A stretch of DNA of 64,000 nucleotides from Octopus sinensis (GCF_006345805.1 NC_043011.1:44900464-44964463), one strand, 5' to 3'; shown: positions 1-13,830, counted from the first letter of the stretch. The notes: generated by a model not told the origin, from the letters alone. Translations and numbers: made by a program.

Positions 1-1297
1 TACGACATAATGCGGCAGCAGCATAGAGTTGAAGCGTCCATCTCTTTCTTCTCTCAATGTAGAATGAGGAAAATTGGATGTTGAGGTAATGTAAATAAAT
101 AATACATATATAGAGGTGAAGATGGAGGGGCGAGAGTTCGGGACGAGGGATAAAAAATGTATAAAAAGTGTAAGTATAGAATAATATAAAAATGTAGAGG
201 ATAAAGGGTTGTAAGTAGATGTAAAGGGGGTATAAAGAAATATAAAGTAAAAATAGAAATAGAAATAAAAGTAAAAAAACCTGATAAAAACATGATAAAA
301 GTGTAAAAGAATGTAAAGATAAGGGATGTATAGAGGTTATGGACCAAGCATGGTGGTCAGGAGATTGATAAAATTTAGTTGTAGAATTGTCAGTACATCA
401 ACAGTTTCGTCTGGGGACTTAATGCGTTGTAAATCAGAGCTGATGAGCATTTAATCTGGTTCCTTGAATTAAATGGACTTCTAGTACATACATATCATCA
501 TGGATATACACCCACATACACGCGTACATATACGCCTCCAAGCCTATAAGCATACACACGCACTCGCGTGTAAACACGTACATAAACACACACGCACCCA
601 CACGCACGCGCGTACACACACATACATACAACAGAATATCCGCATATATACACGGACATTACGCGCGTACACGCTCACATGTATATACGCGCGCCCATCA
701 CTCCATACACACACGTATATGCCCACGCCTCTAGGTCCAGGTATAAGATATTAAAGGATGTGTATAAGAACGTATGTAAAGAATCCCGTACTCATGTCAA
801 TACGCGCACGCACACACGGCTGTGTGTCCGTATGTGCGTGCACATATACACTCATATACACACACAGAGACACACGCGCACATGGGTATAGCTATAAGAT
901 ATCGAAGTATGCATGTACATATATGCGCGTGCATATGTATGTATGCGTATACACACGTACGCGGACGCTCGTATATTCAAAAGGTGGATCCATAGGTAAG
1001 TAAATAAACATATATAGAGGTGTAAAGCGATAAGTTAGGGGTAAGAATGAGGGTAAGGGTAAAGATTAGAAATAAAAAACACAGTATAAAATAAGAAATA
1101 CAATGTAACCTGAAGCACTGAATTCAATTCCTGACGTGGAGAGAATGGCTTGGACAGAGGTAATTTAAAAGGCGAAGTGGTCTTTAAGCTCTAGCGTTTG
1201 AATGGGTAACACAAGGACTGGCCTCCTTCTCTGCACCGATGACGACGACGACGACCACCACCACCACCACCACCATTATGGCTGACTTATTGGAAGT

Positions 1298-1340
1298 CCA
1301 CCTGAAGATTGTCGATCAAGACAAGAAACAATTGTAGTGG
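1298..1340 (+). ncRNA. Minimal type I hammerhead ribozyme (PLE-type)
   Basis: CCAC-CTGAAGA-TTGTC gatcaa GACAA-GAAAC-aatt-GTA-GTGG: all core nucleotides present, stems I and II paired, palindromic stem III ACAATTGT. Confidence 0.8.
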
Positions 1341-1611
1341 CGGTTTTTTTGACTATTTATAAAAATTTTATGTATTGATTAAGTCTTTCCTTGTTTGTTT
1401 TGCAAAATAGTGGTTTTGTCTCTAATAATATTTTATAATATTTTACTATAAAATTGGATTTAATCCTAAATCTGATTTTTTCCCTGTAAATTTGGATTTA
1501 TTCCCTAATATTTATTATATATATATATATATAATATATATATTATATATACATGCATACATGCATACATATATACATACATAAATATATATATATGTGT
1601 GTATATATATG

Positions 1612-1655
<44 letters not shown>

Positions 1656-2266
1656 TGCCTGTCTGGCTGCCTGCCTACCTACTTACATACATACACACAT
1701 GCATACATACATACATCGAGAGAAAGCAAGAGAAATAGAGAGGCTGAGAGAGAGGTAGAGATAGAAAGATAAATAGAGGTAGATAGTTAGATAGATAGGC
1801 AGGTAGGTAGGTAGGTAGGTAGGTAGGTAGGTAGGTAGGTGGGTAGAAAACATGCATTATTAATGTGCAGATTCGGATTAATTCAGCTTGAGGCGTCAGT
1901 CGAATGATAATTGATTGTAAATTAGGTAAAAGTATGCGCTATGATTACAATATTAAGCAGATAAATTTATTAATATACGTTAAGTGACATACAATGCCAG
2001 TTTATTATTAACGTTATCTTTTTCTCTGGCAGCTACAGGAAATAATTGCGGATGTGTTTTGTTTCGTTTCTCTTTAAGTGCTCTTCGGCAAAACGTAGCT
2101 TCTCCGTATCAGTACGCTAAAGTATTTCTGAAGAAATTCTTCAGTATAATTCAGATGCTTGCTAAATCAGTTGTTCTATGTATTACATAGGAATTTGAGA
2201 AATGCCGAAAACATCTGGATTTTTTTCCGGTACAAATATATGCTAATGGAGATATAAAAGTTCATG

Positions 2267-2302
<36 letters not shown>

Positions 2303-2781
2303 TGGTGGAGGGGGAGAGAAAGAGACAGAGAGAGAGAGAGAGAGAGAGATCATGTAAGAATGTATGTATCTTATATCTGTCACTGGAGTGCAGCCATGCT
2401 GGGATAATGGCTTGGGGTGTTTAGTAGAACAGATTTGCCCCGGTACATACTTTTTTAAAGTCTGGAACTTATTTATAGGTCCCCTTAGCCGAACATCTAC
2501 GATTCGAAGATATAAACAAACCAGCACCGGTTGTCAGAAGTGGCGGCAAACAAGCACAAACATAGGTACATACACATACACACGTGAGCATTCACGCATG
2601 CACGCACACACACACACACACATTGTTAAAGACACATGGCCAAGTTGCCGCGCATCAACTCTACTTCAAGATATAAAATAGTAAGCAACTACCAACAATC
2701 AAAAACAATGTCTAAACTTAACTCTCTCATAAACTACTACGGAAAAGGCTTAACTAATAAAGAGATTTATTATCTAACATA

Positions 2782-2937
2782 GGCGTAGGAGTAGCTGTGT
2801 GGTAAATAGCTTGCTTACCAACCACATGGTTCCGGGTTCAGTCCCACTGCGCGGCACCTTGGGCAAGTGTCTTCTACTATAGCCTTGTGAGTGGATTTGG
2901 TAGGTGGAAACTCAAAGACCGTCGTATATATGTATAC

Positions 2938-2975
<38 letters not shown>

Positions 2976-3168
2976 ATGCTAGGGTGTCTGTGTTTATCTC
3001 CCCCCCCCCCGGTGTGTTTACGTCCCCGTAGCTTAGTGGTTCGTCAAAAGAGACCGAAAGAATAAGTACTAGGCTTACAAAGAATAAGTCCTGGCCGATT
3101 TGCTCGACTAAAAGGCGGTGCTCCAGCATGGCCGTAGTCAAATGACAAACAAGTAAAAGAGTAAGAGT
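2782..3168 (+). mobile_element. tRNA-derived SINE family A (octopus OK/OR-like), near full length
   Basis: Head GGCGyAGGAGTrGCTGTGTGGTAA with A/B-box-like GGTTCAGTCCC, internal (TA)n(TG)n, tail AAACAAGTAAAAGA; many similar copies in the window. Confidence 0.8.
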
Positions 3169-4087
3169 ATATATGCACACAAACACATACGCGCACACAC
3201 ACTATACTATGCTTATATAAATATATAGCTATGCCTATATATGTGTGTGTTTGGGTGTGTGTTTAAAGATGTTCTATCGAACAGCTGTTTCAATATATAT
3301 TTGATGAGAACTAGAATCTGTAATCCCGCCCAAATTTTCGGGAGTCACAAGTACATTTAATGTCTCAAAGCAAAAAAAGAAAAAGGAAAGATAAGAAAAA
3401 AGTGAAGCGGAATCTTGTTACCCAATTATCATTGGTGTTTGCAGTCACAACTGAAATTTCTTTTCATCTTATCAAAACTTCTCCAACTTTCTTATTCTCC
3501 AGTTTCAAGTTGATGATACTGAGACCGATAGGTCAAAAGATGGATCAAAAGAACATCGGTTAAAACACTACCAATCAGATATTTTCTTGTGAGCCCACAA
3601 GAAAATATGTTCTGCTGTGGAAATCAGCTGCCTTCTGGACACCAATGTGGTCAGAAAAGTAGAGGGAAACAAAAGGACATCTATGGGTCATTGGTAAAGA
3701 GCTGGCAAATCCAGTACTCAAACTACATTTTCAGTTTCATACTTATTACTACTGGAACAGCTGGATACGTACCAGCCCGCATGAAGCAAAGTACGGTTGA
3801 ATGTGGATTTTCGTGAAGAGAATGAATCTCCTTCATTCATACGCTACAAATGATCTGCAAAATGTTGTTGCGGTTTAAAAAGGACGCTGAACAAAACAAA
3901 ATGCTTTCCTTCACAACATTACAACCGGTCAAAATTAAGACTAAATTAAAGGCAGAAAGAGAATTGACCCACACACATGCAAAAATGCATGCATGCAGAT
4001 GTTTAACATATGCACAATGTGTAAATGCACGCATACATGCATAAACACATACATGAGTGGAGGCACATGGCCTAGTGGTTAGAGCAG

Positions 4088-4315
4088 CGGCGAGCTGGCA
4101 GAAACGTTAGCACGCCGGGCGAAATGCTTAGCGGTATTTCGTCTGCGTTACGTTGTGAGTTCAAATTCCGCCGAGGTCGACTTTGCCTTTCATCCTTTCG
4201 GGGTCGATAAATTAAGTACCAGTTACGCACTGGGGTCGATGTAATCGACTTAATACCTATGTCTGTCCTTGTTTGTCCCCTCTGTGTTTAGCCCCTTGTG
4301 GGTAATAAAGAAATA
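4088..4315 (+). mobile_element. SINE family C with a Nin/Deu-like central domain, nested in a family B-related SINE (4059-4595)
   Basis: GCGGCGAGCTGGCAGAA head, GAGTTCAAATTCC B box, GCCTTTCATCCTTTCGGGGTCGATAAATTAAGTACCAG domain. Other copies near 20120, 29503, 37455, 43016, 54455-55210 and 61220. Confidence 0.75.
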
Positions 4316-5273
4316 GGTTGGAGCAGCGGACTCGCAGACGAGGGATCGCGGGTTCGAATCTCAGACCGGGCGATGTGTGCGTTTATGAGTGAAATACCTA
4401 AGCTCCACGCGGCTCCGGCAGAGGGTAATGGCGAACTTCTGCTAACTCTTTCGCCACAACTTTCTCTCACTCTTTCCTCCTGCATCTTGCAGCTCACCTG
4501 CGACGGACCGGCGTCCCGTCCAGGTGGGGAACCTATACGCCAAGGAAATCGGGAAACCGGTCCTTATGAGCCAAGCATGGCTCGAGAAGGAACAAAAATA
4601 CACACATACATATATATATATATATATGCATATATACGTACACTTACATACATATATACCTATATGCTGCCGACAAAATAGACTGCGCTTGCGTGGTGGA
4701 TTTGAAAAACAAAATTAAAATATATGAACAAGGGGCACTTGCTGGATTGGCCTCGTGTTTATATATTTAATCTTTGCGTCCCTGTTGATGAAGACTTCGC
4801 CATAGTAAATTATTTTATTTACTAGAATAAGTCAGAAACCATGAACCAGTAAAGAGATGGTAAATGTTATTATTTTTCATTCCTTTCGAAAATTTACCCC
4901 TAATTAGTGGTTTGGACTTTAGCTGTTCTTTCTAGCGTAAAGGATTCCTATGATGGAAACCTCTTATAGTGTTTAAATGTACACTGTATCTTATATACCT
5001 ACATATATACACATCACGGTATTGACCAGACTAGCGGGCGTTACTGTATATCGCTGGTCAAATTATGCTTCGCATTGTTCTCGCCTTCAAATGATGCTAA
5101 CCCGCTGACTGGACAAGCAAGCCAACATTACACCCCCACCCACCCCAGATCGGAAGATTATTCCGTCGCAGAATTACCCATGTACAGTTGCGTTTACTAG
5201 TCCTGGAATTCAACCCACGATCTAGCAATCGTGAGTACAACAGCCTAACCACCAGCCCACGCGACTTTACATG

Positions 5274-5308
<35 letters not shown>

Positions 5309-5389
5309 TATATATATACATATACATATACATACATACATACATACATACATACATACACCCACACACACACATATATATATATATAC

Positions 5390-5424
<35 letters not shown>

Positions 5425-5474
5425 TATATATACATACTTATATATATATACATATATATATGTATATTATTATA

Positions 5475-5514
<40 letters not shown>

Positions 5515-5736
5515 TTTATTCTTTTACTTGTTTCACTTCCTTGACTGTGGTCATGCGGGAGCACTACCTTTTAGTCGAAAAAAATCAACCCCAGGCCTTA
5601 TTCTTTGTAAGCCTGGTATTAATTCTATCGGTATTATTTGCCGAACCGATAAGTCAGTAGAACGTAAACACACCAACATCGGCTGTCAAGTGATGGTAGA
5701 GACAAAGACAAGCATGTATGTATGTATGTCTTTATA

Positions 5737-5903
5737 GGCGCAGAGTGGCCGTGTGGTAAGTCGTTTGCTTACCAACCACATGGTCCTGGATTCAGTTCCA
5801 CTGCGTGGCACCTTGGGCAAGTGTCTTCTACAATAGCCTCGGGCCGACCAAAGCCTTGTGAGTGGATTAAGTAGACGGAAACTGGAAGAAGCCGTCGTAT
5901 ATG

Positions 5904-5946
<43 letters not shown>

Positions 5947-6570
5947 TTGTGTGTCTGTATTTGTCCCCCCAACATCGTTTGACAACCGATGCTGGTGTGT
6001 TTATGTCCCCGTAACTTAGCGGTTCGGCAAAAGAGACCGATTGAATAAGTACTAGGCTTACAAAGACTAAGCTCTGGGGTCGATTTGCTCGACTAAAGGC
6101 GGCGTTCCAGCATGGCCGCAGTCAAATGACCAAAACAAGAAAAAAGAAAAGAAAGTAAAAGAATGTGTGTGTGTGTGTGTGTTTGTTCCCCCACCACCAC
6201 CACCATCGCGTCCCCGTAACTTAGCCGTTCGGTAAAAGAGACCGATCGAATAAGTACTAGGCTTACAGAGAATAAATCCTGGGGGGGTCGATTTGTTCGA
6301 GTAAAGGCAGTGCTCCAGCATGGCCGCAGTCAAATGGCCGAAACAAGTAAAAGAAAAGAAAGTAAAAGAATATGTGTGTGTGTTTGTATGTCTGTGTTTC
6401 CTCCCCCCGCCCACCCACCATCGCGTCCCCGTAACTTAGCCGTTCGGTAAAAGAGACCGATCGAATAAGTACTAGGCTTACAGAGAATAAATCCTGGGGG
6501 GGGGGTCGATTTGTTCGAGTAAAGGCAGTGCTCCAGCATGGCCGCAGTCAAATGACTGAAAGAAGTAAAA
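5737..6570 (+). mobile_element. SINE family A followed by two tandem duplications of its 3' half
   Basis: Full copy to about 6160, then about 210-bp repeats of CCCCGTAACTTAGC...CAGTCAAATG at about 6210 and 6427. Confidence 0.75.
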
Positions 6571-6896
6571 GGGGGGAAAAAAAAACGGAAGAAAAAAATC
6601 GGGAAACTTTTGTAATTTATCTCGAGTAAATAATTGATTATTTTCACCGGCGTCACTCTCGTTCTTCTCTCGTTTTATAAAGACCGGTGTAAAGTTACAT
6701 ACAGCCAAGTGAACTGATAAAAAGACATGGATTTGTTTAGTTTTTTATGTCTTTCCTGTTGGGGCGACACTTGCCCGAGAAAGATATTCACTGCGTTGGT
6801 GGTCAACGGGGGTGGTTAGTAGCTTTAATACCAAAAATAACTGAAATGGAGAGTGGCAAAGAAAAACATTGAGAGTACCCGGTGAAAGGGTGGATG

Positions 6897-6948
<52 letters not shown>

Positions 6949-7278
6949 CATACATACATACATAGAGACAGACGGGCAGACAGATATAGAGAGAATGGGG
7001 AGAGAATAGGTCGAGAGAGGGAGGGAGGGAGAGAGAATAGCTAGCTAGATAGACAGAGAGAGAGAGAGAAAGATAGACAGAGACAGACAGACAGACAGAG
7101 AGAGACAAACAGACAGAAAGAGAGAGAGAGTGGGGAGAGAATAGATAGAGAGCGGGAGGGACAGAGAATAGATAGATAGACAGACAGACAAGCAGACAGA
7201 CAGATAGACAGATAAAGAGAGAGAGAGTGTGGGGAGAGAATAGATAGAAAGAGGGCGGGAGGGAGGGAGAATAGACAG

Positions 7279-7316
<38 letters not shown>

Positions 7317-7370
7317 GTAGGTGGGTAGGTAGGTAGGTAGGTAGGTAGATAGATAGATAGATAGGTAGGT

Positions 7371-7402
<32 letters not shown>

Positions 7403-7979
7403 GTAGGTATAGATAGATAGATAGGTAGGTATAGATAGATAGATAGATAGACTTTTGAAGTTATTTATCAGTGTAAAAGTGAAAATTTTGGGTATTGCAC
7501 GCTACTGTTGCTATTGAGAAGGTGGTGGCGGCGGCGGTGGTTTCGTTGTTGTTGGTGGTATTGTTGTTATTGTTGTTGGTGGTGATGATAGGGATGGTGG
7601 CGGTGGTGGTGAGATTATTTTCTGCTAGGGAAATTGAAGCGATGGAGACGATCATTTTAATGGTTTTTTCAGTTGCTTCTCTATTAAATTTGTCACGATT
7701 ACTCTCTCGTTTCTATTTTTAAAAGAAAAATATTCTTATCACTGTGGTTGTGTTCTAAAGTTGCCGCCTCGACAAATAAATAAGTAATTAAATAAATAGA
7801 TAAATAAATAAATAAATAAATATATGCAGGATTCAATGAAGATATGAATGAAATGTAGGAACAGTGGACCAGAAGAATGAATAATATTATTTTTCGAGAA
7901 CTACAGCTGGATTTATGAAATAACAAACTGTGTGGAAATGTTCTTTTCAGGTGGTCCAAAATCCTGAAAACTTGATTTT

Positions 7980-8030
<51 letters not shown>

Positions 8031-8697
8031 CTCTCTCACTCACTCACTCACTCACTCACTCACTCACTCACTCACTCACTCACTCACTCACGTTCATATT
8101 GATTACATGTTAAAGAAAATGCTTTCCCTTCGTTCGCCTGTGTTGAACACAGCTTTGGTCTGGATGAATCGATGTCGTCAGACAGTGTTCAACGATAGTC
8201 GAGTGTTTCGATCCTGAACCGTAACACCCTCCCATTGGTGGATCAGCGGTGATGGCTTCCTTCATCTCCTCCTTGATTTCTTTCTCTGACTCCAAAACCA
8301 ACATAAGACTATTTTTGCTGCCTCTCCTATCTTATATCCAGTGACCGGGTATATTCATGTGCTCATTGTTTCATTCCCTCTAGTAATTTTCTACGTTCAT
8401 GGTTAGTACTTAAAGCTCTCGATATGGCTGATTGTTAAAGACAACGATTATTGTGAACTTTCAGTTGGCTTCTGGTTTGCTAGTGAGTAAACTTTCGGTG
8501 ATCTAGATCTAGATTTGGTGGATCACTTCGGATACGGTGTTTTATTTATAAATAAGAATATAGAACTTCTTTTTATGACGACAATTGGACATCAACTCGG
8601 ACTTTCTGTTTAGAATATCTGTTGCTTTATATGACACTTGTAATCTTTCTTTACTACAAAGATTGCAGAAAGTTTTCCCGTTGGTGTATTTGGTACT

Positions 8698-8718
8698 ATG
8701 GACAAAAATAGATCAAAA
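8698..8718 (+). CDS. Candidate first coding exon segment (MDKNRSK) of the SLC28-like gene
   Basis: ATG at 8698 followed by a weak phase-0 donor AAA|GTTTGT at 8719; would join in frame to the phase-0 acceptor at 8929. No homology support visible. Confidence 0.3.
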
Positions 8719-8928
8719 GTTTGTAAAATTAGGTATTTTCTTTAGTGGCTAAACGTAGTTCAACAGAATTATGTGTATGTATATATGTGTGCATGTATGT
8801 ATATATGTGCATATAAACGTGTGTGTGTTTAAATATATGTATGCTTATATATACATTATATTTATTGATTTTTTTTTTCATTTCTTTTTTATTGTCCTTT
8901 TACCTTCATATTTTTCTTATCTTTTTAG

Positions 8929-9290
8929 AATGTCGGATTTACGGAAATACCCGATTCAGACTTGAACTGCAAACCAGACCCGAAAAGATTGGAGCCAGAA
9001 GATCCCGAACCCGAAGAAAAAAGCTACTATCAAAAAGCGAAGCCGTATTTGTGTACAGGGTTTTACATATTACTGGTTATTCTTTATTTGATCTACTTCG
9101 GTTGGGCCATGCATTTTGGGCAAGGAGACGGGGCTTCAATATGTCTTCTCATTCTCACGCTCTTTGCGGCTTTCATTATCCTCTACCACTTCTTGAATAA
9201 CAGGCTTAAACTTAACGACCAAATCGCCAATAATGTTAGTGAAAGAATGCAAACATACACCGGAGAGAAGATACGGACTTATTGCAGATG
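8929..9290 (+). CDS. SLC28A-like: SLC28-family concentrative nucleoside transporter, exon 1 (N-terminus and first TM helices)
   Basis: Polypyrimidine tract + TAG acceptor at 8926-8928; open frame NVGFTEIPDSDLNCKPDP...FYILLVILYLIYFGWAMHF...RTYCR; donor TG|GTAAGT (phase 2) matches the next exon. Confidence 0.85.
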
Positions 9291-9769
9291 GTAAGTAATG
9301 CAATCAAAATCTTCATGCCTCGCCCAATTGTCTCCCTCTCTATCTCTTTCTCTTTCTTTTCATTATCTACCTCAAGGTACCTCTCTTTCCCTCACACACT
9401 ATTCACTTTCTTTTTTTAGTTTTTCTCCGTCTCTCTCATCTCTTTTTCTCACTAGTAAAATATTCCTTACTATGTTCATGGTGGTGTTTTTTGTTTTAGC
9501 CCAGGCCTAATCGAATAGACTTACGGTAAAAAAAAGCATCACGTATGTGAGCACTCTGCCTTTCATTCAGTCGCCAAGGACTGCGAGAAATGCTAGAATA
9601 CCAGATATAAAAAAACCTTATGATATTAAATTATAAATTTTTATAGTCTGAGATCGAATCACATCGGGATCAACGTCGCTTTTCTCCCTTCAATGATCGA
9701 TAAAATAATTTATTATTCATGATCTACAATAGCTGCAGTTACACGACTGAAACAAGTAAAAGAATAAAA

Positions 9770-9806
<37 letters not shown>

Positions 9807-9855
9807 TATATATATATATATATAGATGTATCTTTATTATATATATATGTATATA

Positions 9856-9892
<37 letters not shown>

Positions 9893-10067
9893 AAATATCT
9901 ATATATATATATATATTATATATGTATATAATATATATATATATGTTATATATATGTATATATATATATATAGTATGTTATATATATGATATATATATAT
10001 GATATATATATATATATTGTATAATATGTGTATATATATATATTGTATATATATAATATAGGATATG

Positions 10068-10106
<39 letters not shown>

Positions 10107-10238
10107 TATATATATTATATATATGTATATTATATATATGTATATATGTATATATATGTTATATATTATATGTATATATATATGTATATATATGTATTTA
10201 TATATATATTGTATATGTAGATATATATATAATATGTA

Positions 10239-10276
<38 letters not shown>

Positions 10277-10685
10277 TAATATATATGAATACAACGATAT
10301 ATGACATACATACATACACTCACAAGCACATATACACATATACAAGAAAGTTTTGTATAAGATTCATTTTGAGAAATAGGAACCGAATTTCTTTCAATCC
10401 ACACTCTACTATGATGTCAGTCAAATAGGAGAATGAGAAACACATTCGATTAAAAAGGAGATTTAGTATGATTTAAAGAAACTTTCTAAGATATGCTAAC
10501 AGAACATGCTTAAAATCTTTCTTCCTCCATCAAACTTTTTATAATCTCTCTCCTCTCTCCCACCCTCCGTCTCTCTCTCTATCTATCTATCTTTCTATTT
10601 CTCTATCTCTCTTTTACACTCGATGTGATGACAGTGGCGTTTTATTTACATTTCATTACTGTTTGGGATTTGTAAGATATATACA

Positions 10686-11076
10686 GGCGCAGGAGTGGCT
10701 GTGTGGTAAGTAGCTTGCTAACCAACCACATAGTTCCGGGTTCAGTCCCACTGCGTGGCACCTTGGGCAAGTGCCTTCTGCTATAGCCCCGGGCCGACCA
10801 ATGCCTTGTGAGCGGATTTGGTAGACGGAAACTGAAAGAAGCCTGTCGTATATATGTGGTATGTGTGTTGTTTAGTCCCCCTAGGCATTGCTTGACAAAA
10901 CGATGCTGGTGTGTTTACGTAAACGGGTCCCCGTCACTTAGCGGTTCGGCAAAAAGACTGATAGAATAAGTACTGGGCTTACAAAGAATAAGTCCCGGGG
11001 TCGATTTGCTCGACTAAAGGCGGTGCTCCAACATGGCCGCAGTCAAATGACTGAAACAAGTAAAAGAGTAAAAGAG
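10686..11076 (+). mobile_element. SINE family A
   Basis: Same head, body and tail as the 2782 copy. Confidence 0.8.
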
Positions 11077-12134
11077 TATAACCTATTGTCTGAAAGAAAT
11101 AACAGTCCCAATCTCCCTCAAATCACATTTTTATACTTTATGTATTTATATACCAGCGAGGGTGTCTTTACTCTTTACTTATTAATCACTGGTACAGAAA
11201 ACTATTCTACAGAAATAAACTGAGTTACAGCTGTATTACAAATATGAACGACTTTATAAGTAAACCATCTCAACGTTTGCTAACTGCATATGTTGTAAGT
11301 GAAATGCGTGCCCCACTAATCCTGCAGGGGAAACGCTGAAGCTATTATCTACGAGGCAGCAGTTACCTCCTCCAAGCCAAAACCTAAACATCATTCATAA
11401 ACACTATGTGTCAATGCCGGAAGAAATATTTAAAAAGTATTATTTCAATCACTTATCCCTTCACAAATATAGTGAACTGTAACACATCAAAGATACTTAA
11501 TTATCACCGGACTTGAATACATGTTGAATTTGTAGAAATGGTACATTATGCACTGCTGAAAACGTCTCATGTCTACACTATATCATACATCACATGTTAA
11601 CCACCGCCAAAACAACAGCAACACTATATTACCCACGACACCGTATTTCCAACCACACAGCATTACCCTCACTCCATACCATAGCACCTATCATACCTTT
11701 TGTTTTACACTGGAACAAACCTGCCAACAAGGAAATCTCTCCTTGATAACTCCTGCTGCTCCAGATCGGCCTGGCTCTCAGATGGTAACGATGACGAGTG
11801 TTCCAGTTGATCCGATCAACGGAACAGACGGCTCCTGAAATTAAGTGCAAGTGGCTGAGCACTCCACAGACATGCGTACCCTTAACGTAGTTCTCAGGAA
11901 GATTCAACATGATAAAGAATGTAACAAAGCTGGCTCTCTGAATTACAAGGTAGAACTCATTTTTGCCAACTGAGTGGACTAGAGGAACGTGAAATAATAT
12001 GTTTTGCTGAGGGACACAACGCATCGACGGGAATCGAACTCACGATTTTACCATCGCGAGCCGAATACCCTAACCACTAAGCCACGTACCTTCACTGCTA
12101 AAGATAGCAACAAAATCAATTGCAAACCGGGATT

Positions 12135-12511
12135 TGGAAACACTCCGTCGGTTACGACGATGAGGTTTCCGGTTGATCCGATCAACGGAACAGCCTGCTC
12201 GTGAAATTAACGTGTAAGTGGCTGAGCACTCCACAGACACGTGCACCCTTAACGTAGTTCTCGGGGATATTCAGCGTGACATAGAGAGTGACAAGCCGGC
12301 CCTTTGAAATACAGGTACAACAGAAACAGGAAGTAAGAGTGAGAAAAGTGTGGTGAAAGAGTACAGCAGGGATCACCACCATCCCTGCCGGAGCGTCGTG
12401 AGCTTTAGGCGTTTTCGCTCAATAAACACTCACAACGCCCGGTCTGGGAATCGAAACCGCGATCCTACGACCGCGAGTCCGCTGCCCTAACCACTGGGCC
12501 ATTGCGCCTCC
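12135..12511 (-). mobile_element. tRNA-derived SINE family B
   Basis: Reverse complement of GGAGGCGCAATGGCCCAGTGGTTAGGGCAGC...GTAACCGACGGAGTG; flanking repeat AATTGCAAA. Confidence 0.8.
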
Positions 12512-13249
12512 AATTGCAAATCATATCCTGTCATCTTAAATAAGAAAAGAATACATTAAATAACTTCTCTAAAAGACGTGATGGTCACGAATTTTGTCAT
12601 CACTTAGTCGAAGGAAGATGGAGTGTACCCATGACCTTTTACTGGACTTCCAGGGTTTTCTGGCGGAGGAAGTTATACTCAGGTTAGAGAGGCCTGGTCC
12701 AAATGTTTACAAAAGTGTGTACTCTGCTAAAGTCATCCGAGGATCTGTGGGGGACGGGTGCTAAATCCTAAACTTGAAATGGTCTCCCGACTGGTTTCTA
12801 TATAGTTTGTCCCTACCAAATTCCAATCGCAAAGGCTTGGAAGGAAACACCTAGCCGCCCAAGGCACCGTGCTGTGAGATCGAACTCCGAAACACGTGGT
12901 TACGAAACACAACTGGAGCTACAATCCTTTGATTATAGGCTTGCGAATAAGGATTAAAACTGGGACGAAACAATAATAACAACAACAACAGCAACAAGCC
13001 CTTAAGTCATAACCGTACCATTTGGCCCACATTCCAACCTGCTCATTATTAGCTAGGTCAGGTCGTTGGCAGTTCTGTAAATAACCGTTATCTCAGCGTT
13101 TGTAGTTCGAGTTGAATGTCTGGCTGTCTAAATTTGTTTTATCTGGCCAGATAGCGTTAAGTAACGTTGATAATAAAAGGTCATTGTGGTGGTGGTCGTG
13201 GTGGCCGTGGTGGTGGGGGCGGTGGACGTGGAAGGGGAGGCCGTGGTGG

Positions 13250-13830
13250 TGGAGGGAGGAGGCCGTGGCGTTGGAGCCGGTAGCCGTAGTGGTGGAGGGG
13301 GAGGCCGTGGTGGTGATCGTGGTAGCCGTGGTGGAGGAGCTGGTAGCCGTGGTGGAGGAGCCGGTAGCCGTGGTGGTGGAGCCGGTAGCCGTGGCGGTGG
13401 AGCCGGTAGCCGTGGTGGTGGAGGGGGAGGCCGTGGTGGTGATCGTGGTAGCCGTGGTGGAGGAGCCGGTAGCCGTGGTGGTGGAGCCGGTAGCCGTGGC
13501 GGTGGAGCCGGTAGCCGTAGTGGTGGAGGGGGAGGCCGTGGTGGTGATCGTGGTAGCCGTAGTGGTGGAGGGGGAGGCCGTGGTGGTGATCGTGGTAGCC
13601 GTGGTGGAGGAGCCGGTAGCCGTGGTGGTGGAGCCGGTAGCCGTGGCGGTGGAGCCGGTAGCCGTAGTGGTGGAGGGGGAGGCCGTGGTGGTGATCGTGG
13701 TAGCCGTGGTGGAGGAGCCGGTAGCCGTGGTGGTGGAGGGGGAGGCAGTGGTGGTGGAGCCGGTAGCCGTGGTAGTGAAGAGGGAAGCCGTGGTGGTGGT
13801 GGACGTGGTGGCCGTAGTGGTGAAGGGACG
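13250..13830 (+). repeat. GC-rich 21-bp minisatellite with higher-order organisation
   Basis: About 25 units ending GCCGT, three variants (GGTGGTGGAGCCGGTAGCCGT, AGTGGTGGAGGGGGAGGCCGT, GGTGGTGATCGTGGTAGCCGT). Confidence 0.9.

Noticed and set aside
3360-3960. Gene exon or hAT C-terminal remnant (STVECGFS)
   Set aside because: Single weak motif, frequent stops, no splice-consistent link to the SLC28 frame.
4780-4860. Hammerhead-like TTGATGA-AGACTT...AAGTCA-GAAAC
   Set aside because: U3 without the compensating A8, and no convincing stem I or III.
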